Source: a virus (taxonomy: Duplodnaviria; Caudoviricetes). Taken from it: a stretch of 34,475 nucleotides of DNA. A program made the position numbers and the translations under genes. Under the pieces are notes generated by a model. It had not been told where the DNA came from. It did no database searches and was given only the letters and a program-made list of their open reading frames with translations. The DNA is taken from positions 1 through 34,475 of the IMG/VR virus record IMGVR_UViG_3300030231_000538, one strand, 5' to 3'. Shown here one piece after another: positions 27,101 through 34,475 of this stretch (its first letter is position 1; each line of letters begins with the position of its first letter).

Positions 27101-29371
27101 GGTATCATTACCACCAGTGATACTTACATTTGGTGTGTCAATATAATCTAGTCCTTCAGTATCAACTAATATCTCTTCTATCTCACCCTCAACATGAGTT
27201 ATGGCAGATGCACCAGCACCAGTATGTCCAGTTTGAGTAACTGATAATCTAGGAGGTGATATAACATCATACCCAGATCCACTATTAAGTATCTCTACTG
27301 ATTCTAAAGGACCATAAAATACTTTGTCTGTTGCTTTATAGGAATATATTTCTACTCCATTAGCAAACAATCCAACACCACCCTGAACAGTTTTTATTTT
27401 ATCCTCTGCAAATACTGGTTCGTCAAATCTTCTAAGTATTTTTTGTGCTCCTACAGAACTACCAAAAACAACGTCTGGAGTTAGAAAATGAGTTGTTGTA
27501 CCTGCTATATCTTCTGCAGTAAATGCAGTGATTAACTCTGAGTTGCGAACGTTCTCTAGAGAGTATGCTAAAGCAACCCTATTGTTATCAATTTTCTTGA
27601 TATAATATGGTTGATTATTATTTAAATTGGTTAGTGATGATGATATACATGTATATACAACCAATTCTCCATCATGAAAGTTGTGGTCAATAACTTCTAT
27701 TTCTGATCCAGCAGAGTTTAGAGATGAGTTGAATACTCTTACTCTTTTTTGAGGATCAATGTTCCAATGAGGTAAACTATTAGACGCAACATATACTGTT
27801 TCATCACTAGAATAACTATTTTGAATATCTGCTGTAAATCCATCTGAAGTTATTTTTACTTTTCTTCGTATGTAATAAGTAACATTAGGATCTAAGTTAC
27901 CAGTGCTAACTACAACAGATTTAGAGTTTGGTGTGCTTAGAACTGTTCCTTCTTGTACATTATTTTCATCATCTATAACATCTAACTTATCACCGACATA
28001 AAATACATGATCGTTAATTAAATCAAATCTATAACTATTACCACCTAAATCTTGAAATCCTACTAGATTGTGCGTTGCAGCAGTATTATAAATCCAAGAT
28101 GACCATCTCAGATTTTTTTGTACAATACCTAAACTCTTTACATTAATATTACTATTATTTTGTTGATTTCTAGCATCACCTACAAATTTACTTATAACAC
28201 CTAGAACGTTCAATCTGACTATTTTACTTATATCACCATCTTCATATGAAAACGCCTCCAATCCTGACCTTACAGTGGATCCTATGCCACATGGAGAGGT
28301 AAGTGTAGCTACACCTACAAACTGTGTTATATTTTTACTAGTATAATCAAATGTTCTATCTTCAAATTTTATACTTCCTGTTGATCCAAACCCAACTGTA
28401 GAATCAACATGTAATATTGTTGCTCCTATTCCAGATGATTTTGTTATGAATGTTTTTCCTATTTGCCTAAATTTACCAACTATGCTACTCTGGTCAATTC
28501 CAATTTTATAGAATTTTTTACCATCAATAATAGCACGTTCTACATTGAATATTGAACCACTGGTTTGTAATGGTTGTGTATCTTGTATTAGACTTTGACC
28601 CTCAATTTTCTCAGGATCACCCTGTAAACTTTCGCAAATTAAAACATCATTTACAATATAATCTGCACCAGATGGTTTTATTAGATATTTTGAAGGTTGA
28701 ACCATTTCAACCTTTTCATTATACAATGCACCAAATAAAATCTTGAATGATTCTTCTGTTCCCTTTGAACTATAAAAATCTTTTGCCTGTCTAATAAAAT
28801 TAGATTGATCTACTTGTGTGTTGATATTTCTTTCAGAGAAACCTGGTAACACCTGAACTTTCAACTTTTCTAAAAATGAATTTAGAAAAATGTTACTTAG
28901 GTTAGTAACTCTAGCATCATTTTTATGTGTACTAACTCCAGTTTGAGTAAACGTTAGAAATTCTGGTTGATTAGTTTTTGAATTATTTTCAATACCACTA
29001 AAACCACGAGTACATCCTGTAAAAGAAGTTGAACCTATTCCACTGTACGTGATTATCTCATCATCTATTTTTAATAATCCATATTGTCTAGGCCAACCTT
29101 TTGTAGAATCGACATATATTGTTTGCTCATTTGCATTGATATAACTAGTAAGTGAAGTAAAACCTATAAGGTTTTGGTTGTTCAAAAAATCTAATTTTTT
29201 ATAGTCTGATAAATTATCAGCAATGTCTATAGATCCACCTTGGAATTCTTGAGAAATATAATATTGTTTTAAAAAATCAGCAAATAAAGGATTTTCAGTG
29301 TCTACGTACTGAGGTATCTGACCCTGAATTACTTCACTGATCTTTACTTTGGTGATGGATGTTTGTATCAT
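21143..29371 (-). CDS. gp7: Baseplate wedge initiator gp7-like giant protein (2742 aa) with a YHYH-like segment
   Basis: Directly follows gp6. Motifs QIPQYV....P.F..FLKQYY, DFYSSKGTEESFKILF, IQDNDYYQNFSYSLKS, HSPILGWAYDGHPIYGP and DLDEHNGRF..TP.FP.G.YAY. Repeated HxF..G...Y domains. Confidence 0.8.
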   Translation of the reverse strand: MIQTSITKVKISEVIQGQIPQYVDTENPLFADFLKQYYISQEFQGGSIDIADNLSDYKKLDFLNNQNLIGFTSLTSYINANEQTIYVDSTKGWPRQYGLLKIDDEIITYSGIGSTSFTGCTRGFSGIENNSKTNQPEFLTFTQTGVSTHKNDARVTNLSNIFLNSFLEKLKVQVLPGFSERNINTQVDQSNFIRQAKDFYSSKGTEESFKILFGALYNEKVEMVQPSKYLIKPSGADYIVNDVLICESLQGDPEKIEGQSLIQDTQPLQTSGSIFNVERAIIDGKKFYKIGIDQSSIVGKFRQIGKTFITKSSGIGATILHVDSTVGFGSTGSIKFEDRTFDYTSKNITQFVGVATLTSPCGIGSTVRSGLEAFSYEDGDISKIVRLNVLGVISKFVGDARNQQNNSNINVKSLGIVQKNLRWSSWIYNTAATHNLVGFQDLGGNSYRFDLINDHVFYVGDKLDVIDDENNVQEGTVLSTPNSKSVVVSTGNLDPNVTYYIRRKVKITSDGFTADIQNSYSSDETVYVASNSLPHWNIDPQKRVRVFNSSLNSAGSEIEVIDHNFHDGELVVYTCISSSLTNLNNNQPYYIKKIDNNRVALAYSLENVRNSELITAFTAEDIAGTTTHFLTPDVVFGSSVGAQKILRRFDEPVFAEDKIKTVQGGVGLFANGVEIYSYKATDKVFYGPLESVEILNSGSGYDVISPPRLSVTQTGHTGAGASAITHVEGEIEEILVDTEGLDYIDTPNVSITGGNDTSAIAKAQMKIVAQEVEFDSTTQGSIVNTSTDRFVFPEPHGFKHGEEIIYFTSGTSPIGIGTTPGNLINQSPYFVAKINDFEMHISETRDGALAGIGTIDLLSNGGGVHRFSTTNRRRKIDKIVLDNTGVFKNRQNTTSGITGINTFTSTFTITDHNFLSGDIVRYNADNNIGGLTSGSDYFAIKIDSNTFRLSSKKDLSDVVELTSMGSGTHTFQDPPIEVTISGRQGISTANAVGTPIARGKVIGLHIENPGTDFGSTVINDNFKPDIRIVEGKNSFLQAFVLNGRVDQIIILSGGEQFFSTPDIIITGDGVGAKAKAVIENGSIVRIDMITKGMNYTQGQTRVKALTPGSGAIFFGNVKEWTVNQVERLAKYGDVKNDDGFLEVERDSKLGNPYVNYYVPRNIRSYLSDDGSDHSPILGWAYDGHPIYGPTAIVGGQLKNIESSYSLFSGVDRVDGPPLSKYPSGFFVEDFTFVEGYGDLDEHNGRFAVTPDFPNGIYAYYTTVENSNTLNPLDPFDNARRPVFPYVVGDTYNSIPVEFNISNDSVQDIDINKLNLIRNTDPHNINEYQFVTNSNKNTTINSKILSIKSDSLDKVEVIDSGREFNVNDKLSFDNKNTKGFGAIGKVTKVTGPTLSTITSTITDFEDVIFSSSNNIITGITTLPHELTNNTYARVLGISTITHSAFEGTPRIKVESVRSSLTEAMLSIGLTTQVSFSDGFGETKFTVNDIIKIDNEQLKVFGYDSFFNQYKLFRAQNGTVAAAHTYGTPIERMERKFTYPTPKKFSDSTEEDFSKFFDATSVVGVGLTFGVGIGVTISINSVDRFIPTRTIFISNNNFNHGEKLNYNPGAGTSLTYQTDAMKRVNTSFKRPLPPEVFVQVLDNNLIGIVTTRTGIGSDLDRVMFDTTTGVGNTHNFTTTRNTITGTLRIIDVQATTVGVHSMRPNNSLEMTLVSAARSTVTATYDSGTRFVSIGSSSNPPLSLTVGDTLVVNTDDGSMLDTKMKFFLDKNYKKPFVGSGVSTIEVTEQSIPGNVGGMTSIRFTPEVPNILYYQFVPVGTGANAKVIEIDKDIDNYSKIIVNPSKFTGNHSITTTSSSTYNFNIVDTPEKTGYSTSSTIKTVTNSATHRGGVENVILTSGGIGYEDLPEVSIASTTGTGASLKAVADNIGRLENVEIIDFGYDYPSDTTLRPEAEVGQVISLKDNFSVTSVGITSVGSKYLTPPNFVVYNRKKNIISGETEFLAELNGAGVGKVTIVNGGGNLSSSDNELIAVDNTNGVGIITATYSDPNVTLRLQTPSGGFTTSLPMPFQIGDRVFVENIGVSSGLGYNSANHDFEFFTLTGVTTAFGLVDQATITYAVNNDPGFHDFEKFGTVSNEKDIAKFKLNLSEGVFNNNERVFTPLGAQARIISGDGKTRNMLRVDNLVGFSTGDKLTGELSRASGTIESLQSFKGHFDIDSSIPKRFGWEDDSGKLSDFYQRIQDNDYYQNFSYSLKSQVGISSWSEPVDSLAHITGFKKHSDLLIPSIATGAGSSVVGLSSQAGGVMLLDAEVDLDCRDQFDLVSENTNSDATSSSEINFNSKRFGEAIACKGNRVLDIDDISTQFYSDADIFRSIELDRFDMTSVSAIKYYAQVVLDTSLGISFNATQYTEFIVSHDGSVAFLNTYSELSDSFDLGEFTANASGSICSVSFTPENTTYEYDITFHKEVLGSAVGVGTTAVGMLQKVGMTSAIASSGSPAVNTIYEFDGSKFRSGSIIVAAGTATEKEIDEFSFLASGTNDCSYSNFGLMDAGTDMGSFVINQASGVIRLEFTPPANTAVTVATMSTVVGVATTVASSGFTTTQYRIGDTELNSRRTTIASAGSPTSTVIAGFSSSNYTSIRYTIEVENTTDNAYSSYNVVANSYEGNINFVKFNNLSTASGISTIGADTSVPGAVRDIRATEVVASGTATELKFTPAPNKAYNVRVVELRIDKPDDLSSDLSVGF

Positions 29372-31249
29372 TTATCGAGTTCTCTTACCGATTTGGTAAC
29401 TAGATTGTGGATTGAATCTTGATCCTGAAGTGTCTGCACCAGATGCTATTGAATCTTTTCTCATATAAAAATTACTCTTTGATACTTCAAATTGTAAATA
29501 CAATTCATTTCTTGCTAAGATATCATTAGAATCTGGATTTGCTTCAACCTCTATAATATTATTTGTGAGTGCAGTAGATGTTACATTCACAGTATCTATA
29601 ATGATTTCACCCTTCTTATAATCAACAGTTCCAAAACTATTTGAAAGAACTTTTATAGAATCATCAGTAAGAATTTGGAATAGTATAAGTTTACCATTTG
29701 TACTATCAATCTTTTGATCAGTAAAGAAGCAAGTTCCCGATACTCCAGAAACAGTAAATCCAGTGGATTTTATATTGAAACTATCTTCGTTACAATAAAA
29801 AGAGTTCAAGAAACATAACTCATATTGAGTAAATTGATTGATTTTAGAAATCAAATTTCTTCTTATCCTAACTGTAGTAATGTTAGATGTAATAGAATTA
29901 TCAACATTATCAATCAATGATAATACTTTACTATACTTAAACCTACCACCAAATTGATTTAGTTCTTTACCCGTAGCAAAAGATGCAAGTGAATTTACTA
30001 CAGAAGTTTTTAGAGTTTCTGCGTTACCAGCAAAGTTTGGGTTATAGTAAATGTAAGTATCAATCTCAACAAATAAGAACTTTAGATCAACAAAGGTAGG
30101 AACTATACCTGCCACTGAATAATTTTTCAATGAGGATAAAATATCCTTTTTAGTAAAGTCAGATAAGAAAGAACCATTCTTAGGTTTAGCAGATATAAAA
30201 ACTCTTCCATACTGAGGTGGAGTCAACTCTTCACCACCATATGCACTCACAGACTCTATATTAGAATAGACTGAAGGAATAATTGCTTCATAATCTGAAG
30301 CAGTTACTGCTCTATGCTGAGATGAGTAAACTCTAGGAGCGTAGTATCTTACACTATCAAGGTTTTCTATATCATCACCATTTTCTGATGGATATTGAGC
30401 ATTCAACGTAGCAGTAAAATCATCTAAAGTTGCACCATCCTGATCACTAAGAGTACCTGCAAATTTGAAACCTGCTACACCATTACCATCCTTTCCGCTT
30501 GTTTTTATATAAGTAACATTAACTATATTTCCAGATTCTAATTTTTCACCAAATACGCCATCACCAAACAATAATTCATATCTCTCATCAGTCGTCTCTT
30601 GTAATAAGAATATATTAGATGTTGATGTAATTCCTATAATATTAGTTGCTAAATTATACTCTGTACTAGTGCTACTACTAGAACTCTCAAACACTTTTAC
30701 TTTAATTGTAGAAGTGTCTATATCAGAATTTGGTAAAACAAATCTTTGATTTGGTTGTGAATTATCAATTACAAATTGACTTTCTAGGTATTGACCCTGA
30801 CAAATTTCTATCGTGCCTTGAGATATTCCATCACTAACAGTTCCAGTTACTTCTTCAGGTAAAGAAAAAATATAATTTGCATTTGATACTGATCCATTTG
30901 CTACCACACCTGATTCAAACACCATTGTAGATGTAGATGTTGATATTCCTGATATAAAATAATCTACTTTTGTTTTTGCTGCAGATTTTGAACGAGGAAC
31001 ATATCCAATATTACGTGCTAATGATACAACGTTTTCTCTAAGTGTGGCAGAATCAATGAAAGTTTCATTCACCACCATATTGGTGTTGTATGCAGTAATA
31101 TAAGAATTATAAGCAAGAGTGTTTATAAGAATTGAGAGATTGGAACCCTCAAAATCCATATCTGAGAAATTAGAATTTTCTCTCAAATAATCTTTTAGCG
31201 AAGATTTTATATCTTCAAAATTTAGGTTTGTAAATTGTTGAAGTGCCAT
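29372..31249 (-). CDS. gp6: Baseplate wedge subunit gp6
   Basis: LNFEDIK..L..YL, DFEGSNLS.L...LAYN, DSATLRENVVSLARNIGY.P.S, FGDGVFG, RAVTASDY and GTVDYKKG. Confidence 0.93.
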   Translation of the reverse strand: MALQQFTNLNFEDIKSSLKDYLRENSNFSDMDFEGSNLSILINTLAYNSYITAYNTNMVVNETFIDSATLRENVVSLARNIGYVPRSKSAAKTKVDYFISGISTSTSTMVFESGVVANGSVSNANYIFSLPEEVTGTVSDGISQGTIEICQGQYLESQFVIDNSQPNQRFVLPNSDIDTSTIKVKVFESSSSSTSTEYNLATNIIGITSTSNIFLLQETTDERYELLFGDGVFGEKLESGNIVNVTYIKTSGKDGNGVAGFKFAGTLSDQDGATLDDFTATLNAQYPSENGDDIENLDSVRYYAPRVYSSQHRAVTASDYEAIIPSVYSNIESVSAYGGEELTPPQYGRVFISAKPKNGSFLSDFTKKDILSSLKNYSVAGIVPTFVDLKFLFVEIDTYIYYNPNFAGNAETLKTSVVNSLASFATGKELNQFGGRFKYSKVLSLIDNVDNSITSNITTVRIRRNLISKINQFTQYELCFLNSFYCNEDSFNIKSTGFTVSGVSGTCFFTDQKIDSTNGKLILFQILTDDSIKVLSNSFGTVDYKKGEIIIDTVNVTSTALTNNIIEVEANPDSNDILARNELYLQFEVSKSNFYMRKDSIASGADTSGSRFNPQSSYQIGKRTR

Positions 31250-31653
31250 TATAGCCTAGTTGGTTCTAATACAAATTGTAAGGTTTGACTCGGTGCGGAT
31301 AAACCAACGAGATCATAGGATAATTTAATATCTAAAGCATTACTATCAGGTTCTGAAAAAACATCAACACCCGTCAATTCAACTCTTGGTTCATTATTTA
31401 ATATTGTGGTTTCTATTTCAGTTTTTATAGGATCAACAAAATCATCATTTGCTAATTCAAATAAAGCACCAGTAATTCTAGTACCTATCAGTTCGTTGAA
31501 AAAAACTTCACCTAATTGTATTCTTATCAAATTTTGGACAGAACGCTTTATTGCATCCTCATTTTTCAATGCAAGTATATCATTTGTTACTGGATGACGT
31601 TTGAAAGACAATGATATGTCTTTGAAACCTTGCGAAAAACGTTGGACAGGCAC
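31249..31653 (-). CDS. gp25: Baseplate wedge subunit gp25 (GPW/gp25 family)
   Basis: FKDISLSFKRHPVTND...NEDAIKRSVQNL....GE.FF...IG...LFE...EPRV. GTG start, and TAATG coupling to gp6. Confidence 0.92.
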   Translation of the reverse strand: MPVQRFSQGFKDISLSFKRHPVTNDILALKNEDAIKRSVQNLIRIQLGEVFFNELIGTRITGALFELANDDFVDPIKTEIETTILNNEPRVELTGVDVFSEPDSNALDIKLSYDLVGLSAPSQTLQFVLEPTRL

Positions 31654-31675
31654 TAGAACGTTGACAATCTCGGTA

Positions 31676-31690
31676 TATTTATCTATTTAG
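31676..31690 (-). promoter_or_regulatory. Tandem late promoters CTAAATA (31684-31690) and ATAAATA (31676-31682) heading the baseplate operon
   Basis: tatttatctatttag on +, located between the terminator and the gp25 start. Confidence 0.75.
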
Positions 31691-31694
31691 AGGC

Positions 31695-31726
31695 AAAAAA
31701 AGACCTCCTCTGTCGAGAAGGTCTTT
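31695..31726 (-). terminator. Rho-independent terminator separating the enzyme cluster from the baseplate operon
   Basis: Minus-strand RNA AAAGACCU-U-CUC-GACA-GAG-G-AGGUC-UUUUUUU: a stem with one U.G pair, a 4-nt loop and a 7-U tract. Confidence 0.85.
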
Positions 31727-31750
31727 ATTGGATGCTCCGTAGCCTGGTGG

Positions 31751-31924
31751 TCAGTCGGAATCCTGGTCGTCGGTTCCCAGGTATTTAATTTCTATTTCGT
31801 CGGGGTGAGGGTATCCAGAGTGGTAAAACTCATCGGCAAGTGCTTGTGATATGTCAAGCATTTCCTCTTCATCGATAGAAGAGAATTCCTTTACTCCCTC
31901 AACGTATATATCATACTTTTCCAT
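31751..31924 (-). CDS. Small acidic hypothetical protein (57 aa, below the ORF-track cutoff)
   Basis: MEKYDIYVEGVKEFSSIDEEEMLDISQALADEFYHSGYPHPDEIEIKYLGTDDQDSD. It fills the gap between the GT-like gene and the terminator on the coding strand. Confidence 0.7.
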   Translation of the reverse strand: MEKYDIYVEGVKEFSSIDEEEMLDISQALADEFYHSGYPHPDEIEIKYLGTDDQDSD

Positions 31925-31950
31925 ATACCGTAATCATTCTTTACAGGTAT

Positions 31951-32709
31951 CTATATAATTCTCGTCTTCTCGTGACCTACACGGCATTGTGGATCACACC
32001 ATATTTCATATCCTGCCTTTATAGCATCTAAACAGAATGACACATCCTCTCCGCACATGTCTTGAACTTCACCAGAATCAAACACCTGCATCTGAGGTGC
32101 AAACCAAGGATAAGTCATTTCCTTATTTTCAAAAACACCATGCTTGATTAGTAACCAACCAAAACCAGTGTAATCAACAGTAAATGGTTTTCTACGTTTT
32201 TGAATACCATCAACTGTCTCATGATTCATTACCCCACCGTTTTCCTTAAAGTCATCCTCTTCAAGCCAGTGAGCAACGGATGTCGTTTTACCGTCTTCCG
32301 TAGCGTACCAACCAGCAGCAAGATCCTTGTCCATGCATACAATGCGATAAAAGTTTTCGAGGTTGAAAACGATATCACTGTCAATCCAAAGTTGATAGTC
32401 ATACTTGAGCTTCCCGTCCCATGGTAGTTGATCTGGTCCTCTGAGAACATTAGCACCTAAGCACTTACAACGTGCGAAGTTTACCATTGAACTATAATCT
32501 TGTGAGATTTGAATGCTCGCACCACTTTGAACCAGATCAAAGCAAAGTTGTACAAACGCCTTCAAAAATATATAAGAAACGCCACGACCAGGTAGACAAA
32601 AGACAATACTCTTACCTTTGATCAATTCTTTTCCTTTTTCTACAGACCACCAGTCTTCCTTTTGCTCTGTAGTGGGTGGGGTGGTTACCACTTTAAATCC
32701 TTTAGCCAT
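31951..32709 (-). CDS. GT-A fold glycosyltransferase-like protein
   Basis: IVFCLPG, VNFAR, LWIDSDIVF (DxD), YTGFGWLLI, GEDVSFC and VGH: a complete set of GT2-like motifs. Confidence 0.78.
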   Translation of the reverse strand: MAKGFKVVTTPPTTEQKEDWWSVEKGKELIKGKSIVFCLPGRGVSYIFLKAFVQLCFDLVQSGASIQISQDYSSMVNFARCKCLGANVLRGPDQLPWDGKLKYDYQLWIDSDIVFNLENFYRIVCMDKDLAAGWYATEDGKTTSVAHWLEEDDFKENGGVMNHETVDGIQKRRKPFTVDYTGFGWLLIKHGVFENKEMTYPWFAPQMQVFDSGEVQDMCGEDVSFCLDAIKAGYEIWCDPQCRVGHEKTRII

Positions 32710-32735
32710 ACTATAATGGGTTGCAATCCAATATT

Positions 32736-32744
32736 ATTATAACA
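32736..32744 (-). promoter_or_regulatory. Extended -10 promoter TGTTATAAT upstream of the GT-like gene
   Basis: attataaca on +, intergenic, about 26 nt before ATG 32709. It is the same 9-mer as 2030-2038. A CTATATA lies just upstream (32748-32754). Confidence 0.55.
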
Positions 32745-32746
32745 GA

Positions 32747-33502
32747 TTATATAGCTTCTATCAACTCAATCAACTTTTCCGCAATCTTTTTATGTCCTAA
32801 TGCATTAGGGTGATTGCCTTCAGCATGATAATCACCATATACATGATCTCCTATACCGTCCTCCTTATGTCCTATGATATGTTCATGAAGACGAGTTATA
32901 GGTAAACCCTGATATAATGGTTTCCACCAACCAGTATGTCCAACCCTTTCATGGTAAAACTTTTCTGGTCTGCGGATTACTTCGTGAAAGTGATCCGCTA
33001 ACAGAGGAATAAAGGTAATATTATTTGCTTTACAGTATGAATCAAATAAAACCATATTTTTCCACATATTTTCTGCACCAAGAATATCACTATACACAAA
33101 TCTATAAAACCATTTACCTGCAGAGTGTAATCTTTCTCTCAACTCGTCTGACATGGGATTGCCCTTCAATTTCACTTTTGCATGAGTTGAAGTAAGTTGT
33201 GGTGTAAATCGATGTAAAAAACCTTGTTTATCAAACCACTCCATTCTAGAGTGAACAGTGAACTGTAACACTACAATATCAACTTTTTCTTTTTCAAGAT
33301 ATTCAATGGCTTCTCTTACGATACGATCATTACTATTACCACAGAAGGAGATGTTGTTTTCATCTATACCAAAGTTATTGCAGACCAATTTACTATAACG
33401 CTCGTTCTCACGATCCTCAAGTTCATCACCCCAAGTAATAGAACAACCATGAAACAGTATTTTCGAGAATGTTCTATTTTTTACATGACTAATCAATTTC
33501 AT
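32747..33502 (-). CDS. SGNH/GDSL-like esterase or acyltransferase
   Basis: Block I FHGCSITWG, block II GNSN, and block V EGNHPNALGHKKIA. ATG 33502 is in a TGATG overlap with the carbamoyltransferase stop. Confidence 0.72.
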   Translation of the reverse strand: MKLISHVKNRTFSKILFHGCSITWGDELEDRENERYSKLVCNNFGIDENNISFCGNSNDRIVREAIEYLEKEKVDIVVLQFTVHSRMEWFDKQGFLHRFTPQLTSTHAKVKLKGNPMSDELRERLHSAGKWFYRFVYSDILGAENMWKNMVLFDSYCKANNITFIPLLADHFHEVIRRPEKFYHERVGHTGWWKPLYQGLPITRLHEHIIGHKEDGIGDHVYGDYHAEGNHPNALGHKKIAEKLIELIEAI

Positions 33503-34475
33503 CAAAAAACCTTTACTGAGTATTCACTTGAGAAGAGTTTTGCATCTTCGGTGCTATTTACCATTGGTTTACCCCGAACATTCAAAGAGGTATTCAATAA
33601 TACAGGACATCCCGTCTTCTCATACCAGCACTCCAATATGGGTCTCAGAACGCTTTCAGATGTCTCTGGCACTGTTTGTACCCTAGCAGAGTTATCAACG
33701 TGTAGACAGGCAGGAATGAGGTTACTCTGCTTGCATTGATAAACATATGACATATGCCTAGAATGTTCAGGCATATCAAACCATTCTTGACAATGCTCTT
33801 CTAGTATAGCAGGGGCAAATGGTCTAAACTTCTGACGTTGTTTTATTTCGTTGACGAGATCTTTGGTTGAAATTTCTCTCGGATCCGCCAATAGACTTCT
33901 GTTACCAAGAGCCCTAGGACCAAACTCAGCACGACCATTTGCAACACCAGCGATTTTATGTTTGAGTAAATGATCGACCACTTCTTCTGGATCCACTGTA
34001 CCCCTGATGTTATGTCCAAGATAGGGGGTAAATTGAACCTTCTTACCGTATGCAAGTAAAGCTGCACCTAAAGCACCTCCAGCGTCGCCAGGATTGGGCA
34101 TAATCCATAGATTGCACCTTTCCCTTAGTTTTGTATTTACAACACAGTTTAGGGCAACTCCACCCCCATAGCAAATATTGTTACTATATTTTTTAGCAAT
34201 ATCAAATATTTCAAACAGTTCTTCTTGCAGAACAACCTCTGCACTCTTTGCTACATCACATGGGTCACCTTCTAGTCCACGTATACCTTTATGGTTGTTC
34301 TTAGAAAGTAGTGCTCGTAACTCCTTAGTATGACTAGGTTTTCCGAAGGCTGCCATTCCCATGAAGATATATTCTTCATCTAATGGTTTCAACCCTGCCC
34401 ATTTAGTCAACGCACTATACCATAGACCAATAGACTTAGGATATCGTCTAGACCAACGTTTCTTGTATACTGCTA
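33502..34475 (-). CDS. NodU/CmcH family O-carbamoyltransferase, partial (5' end beyond the right edge)
   Basis: The frame is open to the window edge (...YPKSIGLWYSALTKW, so the 34410 start is not the real start). Motifs EYIFMGMAAFG, GGVALNC, PGDAG, GRAEFGPRALGNRS, FRPFAP and LLNTSLN. Confidence 0.92.
   Translation of the reverse strand, partial: AVYKKRWSRRYPKSIGLWYSALTKWAGLKPLDEEYIFMGMAAFGKPSHTKELRALLSKNNHKGIRGLEGDPCDVAKSAEVVLQEELFEIFDIAKKYSNNICYGGGVALNCVVNTKLRERCNLWIMPNPGDAGGALGAALLAYGKKVQFTPYLGHNIRGTVDPEEVVDHLLKHKIAGVANGRAEFGPRALGNRSLLADPREISTKDLVNEIKQRQKFRPFAPAILEEHCQEWFDMPEHSRHMSYVYQCKQSNLIPACLHVDNSARVQTVPETSESVLRPILECWYEKTGCPVLLNTSLNVRGKPMVNSTEDAKLFSSEYSVKVF

Noticed and set aside
9760-31597. 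Numerous short plus-strand ORFs opposite DUF4815-like, gp7-like and gp25 genes
   Set aside because: All are nested antisense to well-supported structural genes and have no family motifs.
32717-32730. Near-palindrome TGGGTTGCAATCCA in the GT leader
   Set aside because: Short, single, and unrelated in sequence to the 2004-2017 palindrome; not enough to call an operator.
32200-34067. Alternate-frame ORFs at 32200, 32229, 33449 and 33843
   Set aside because: They overlap motif-supported enzyme genes and have no independent support.

Overview
This window is a segment of a large AT-rich T4-like myovirus genome; gene order and motifs fit a marine cyanomyophage (Kyanoviridae-like, inferred and not searched). 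Most of it is the minus-strand baseplate/tail late module: gp25, gp6, a gp7-like region in two large ORFs, gp8, a 2403-aa DUF4815/VrlC-like structural protein, small conserved structural genes and two tail-fibre-like proteins. These genes are preceded by T4-type late promoters (C/A)TAAATA. Two clusters of modifying enzymes bracket the module. The first (2058-6455) lies between the fibre genes: two paralogous sulfotransferase-fold/P-loop proteins flanking a NeuA/KdsB-like cytidylyltransferase and a Gfo/Idh/MocA oxidoreductase, converging on a SAM methyltransferase and a diiron ferritin-like protein. The second (31951-34475) is a NodU-like carbamoyltransferase, an SGNH-like esterase and a GT-A glycosyltransferase-like protein. 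The structural proteins are strikingly rich in a short G-[IV]-x-[ST] motif. The leading hypothesis (inference) is a phage-encoded system that builds, tailors and attaches a modification, probably a glycan, to the virion or to the host surface. No tRNA, rRNA, CRISPR array or mobile element was recognised.
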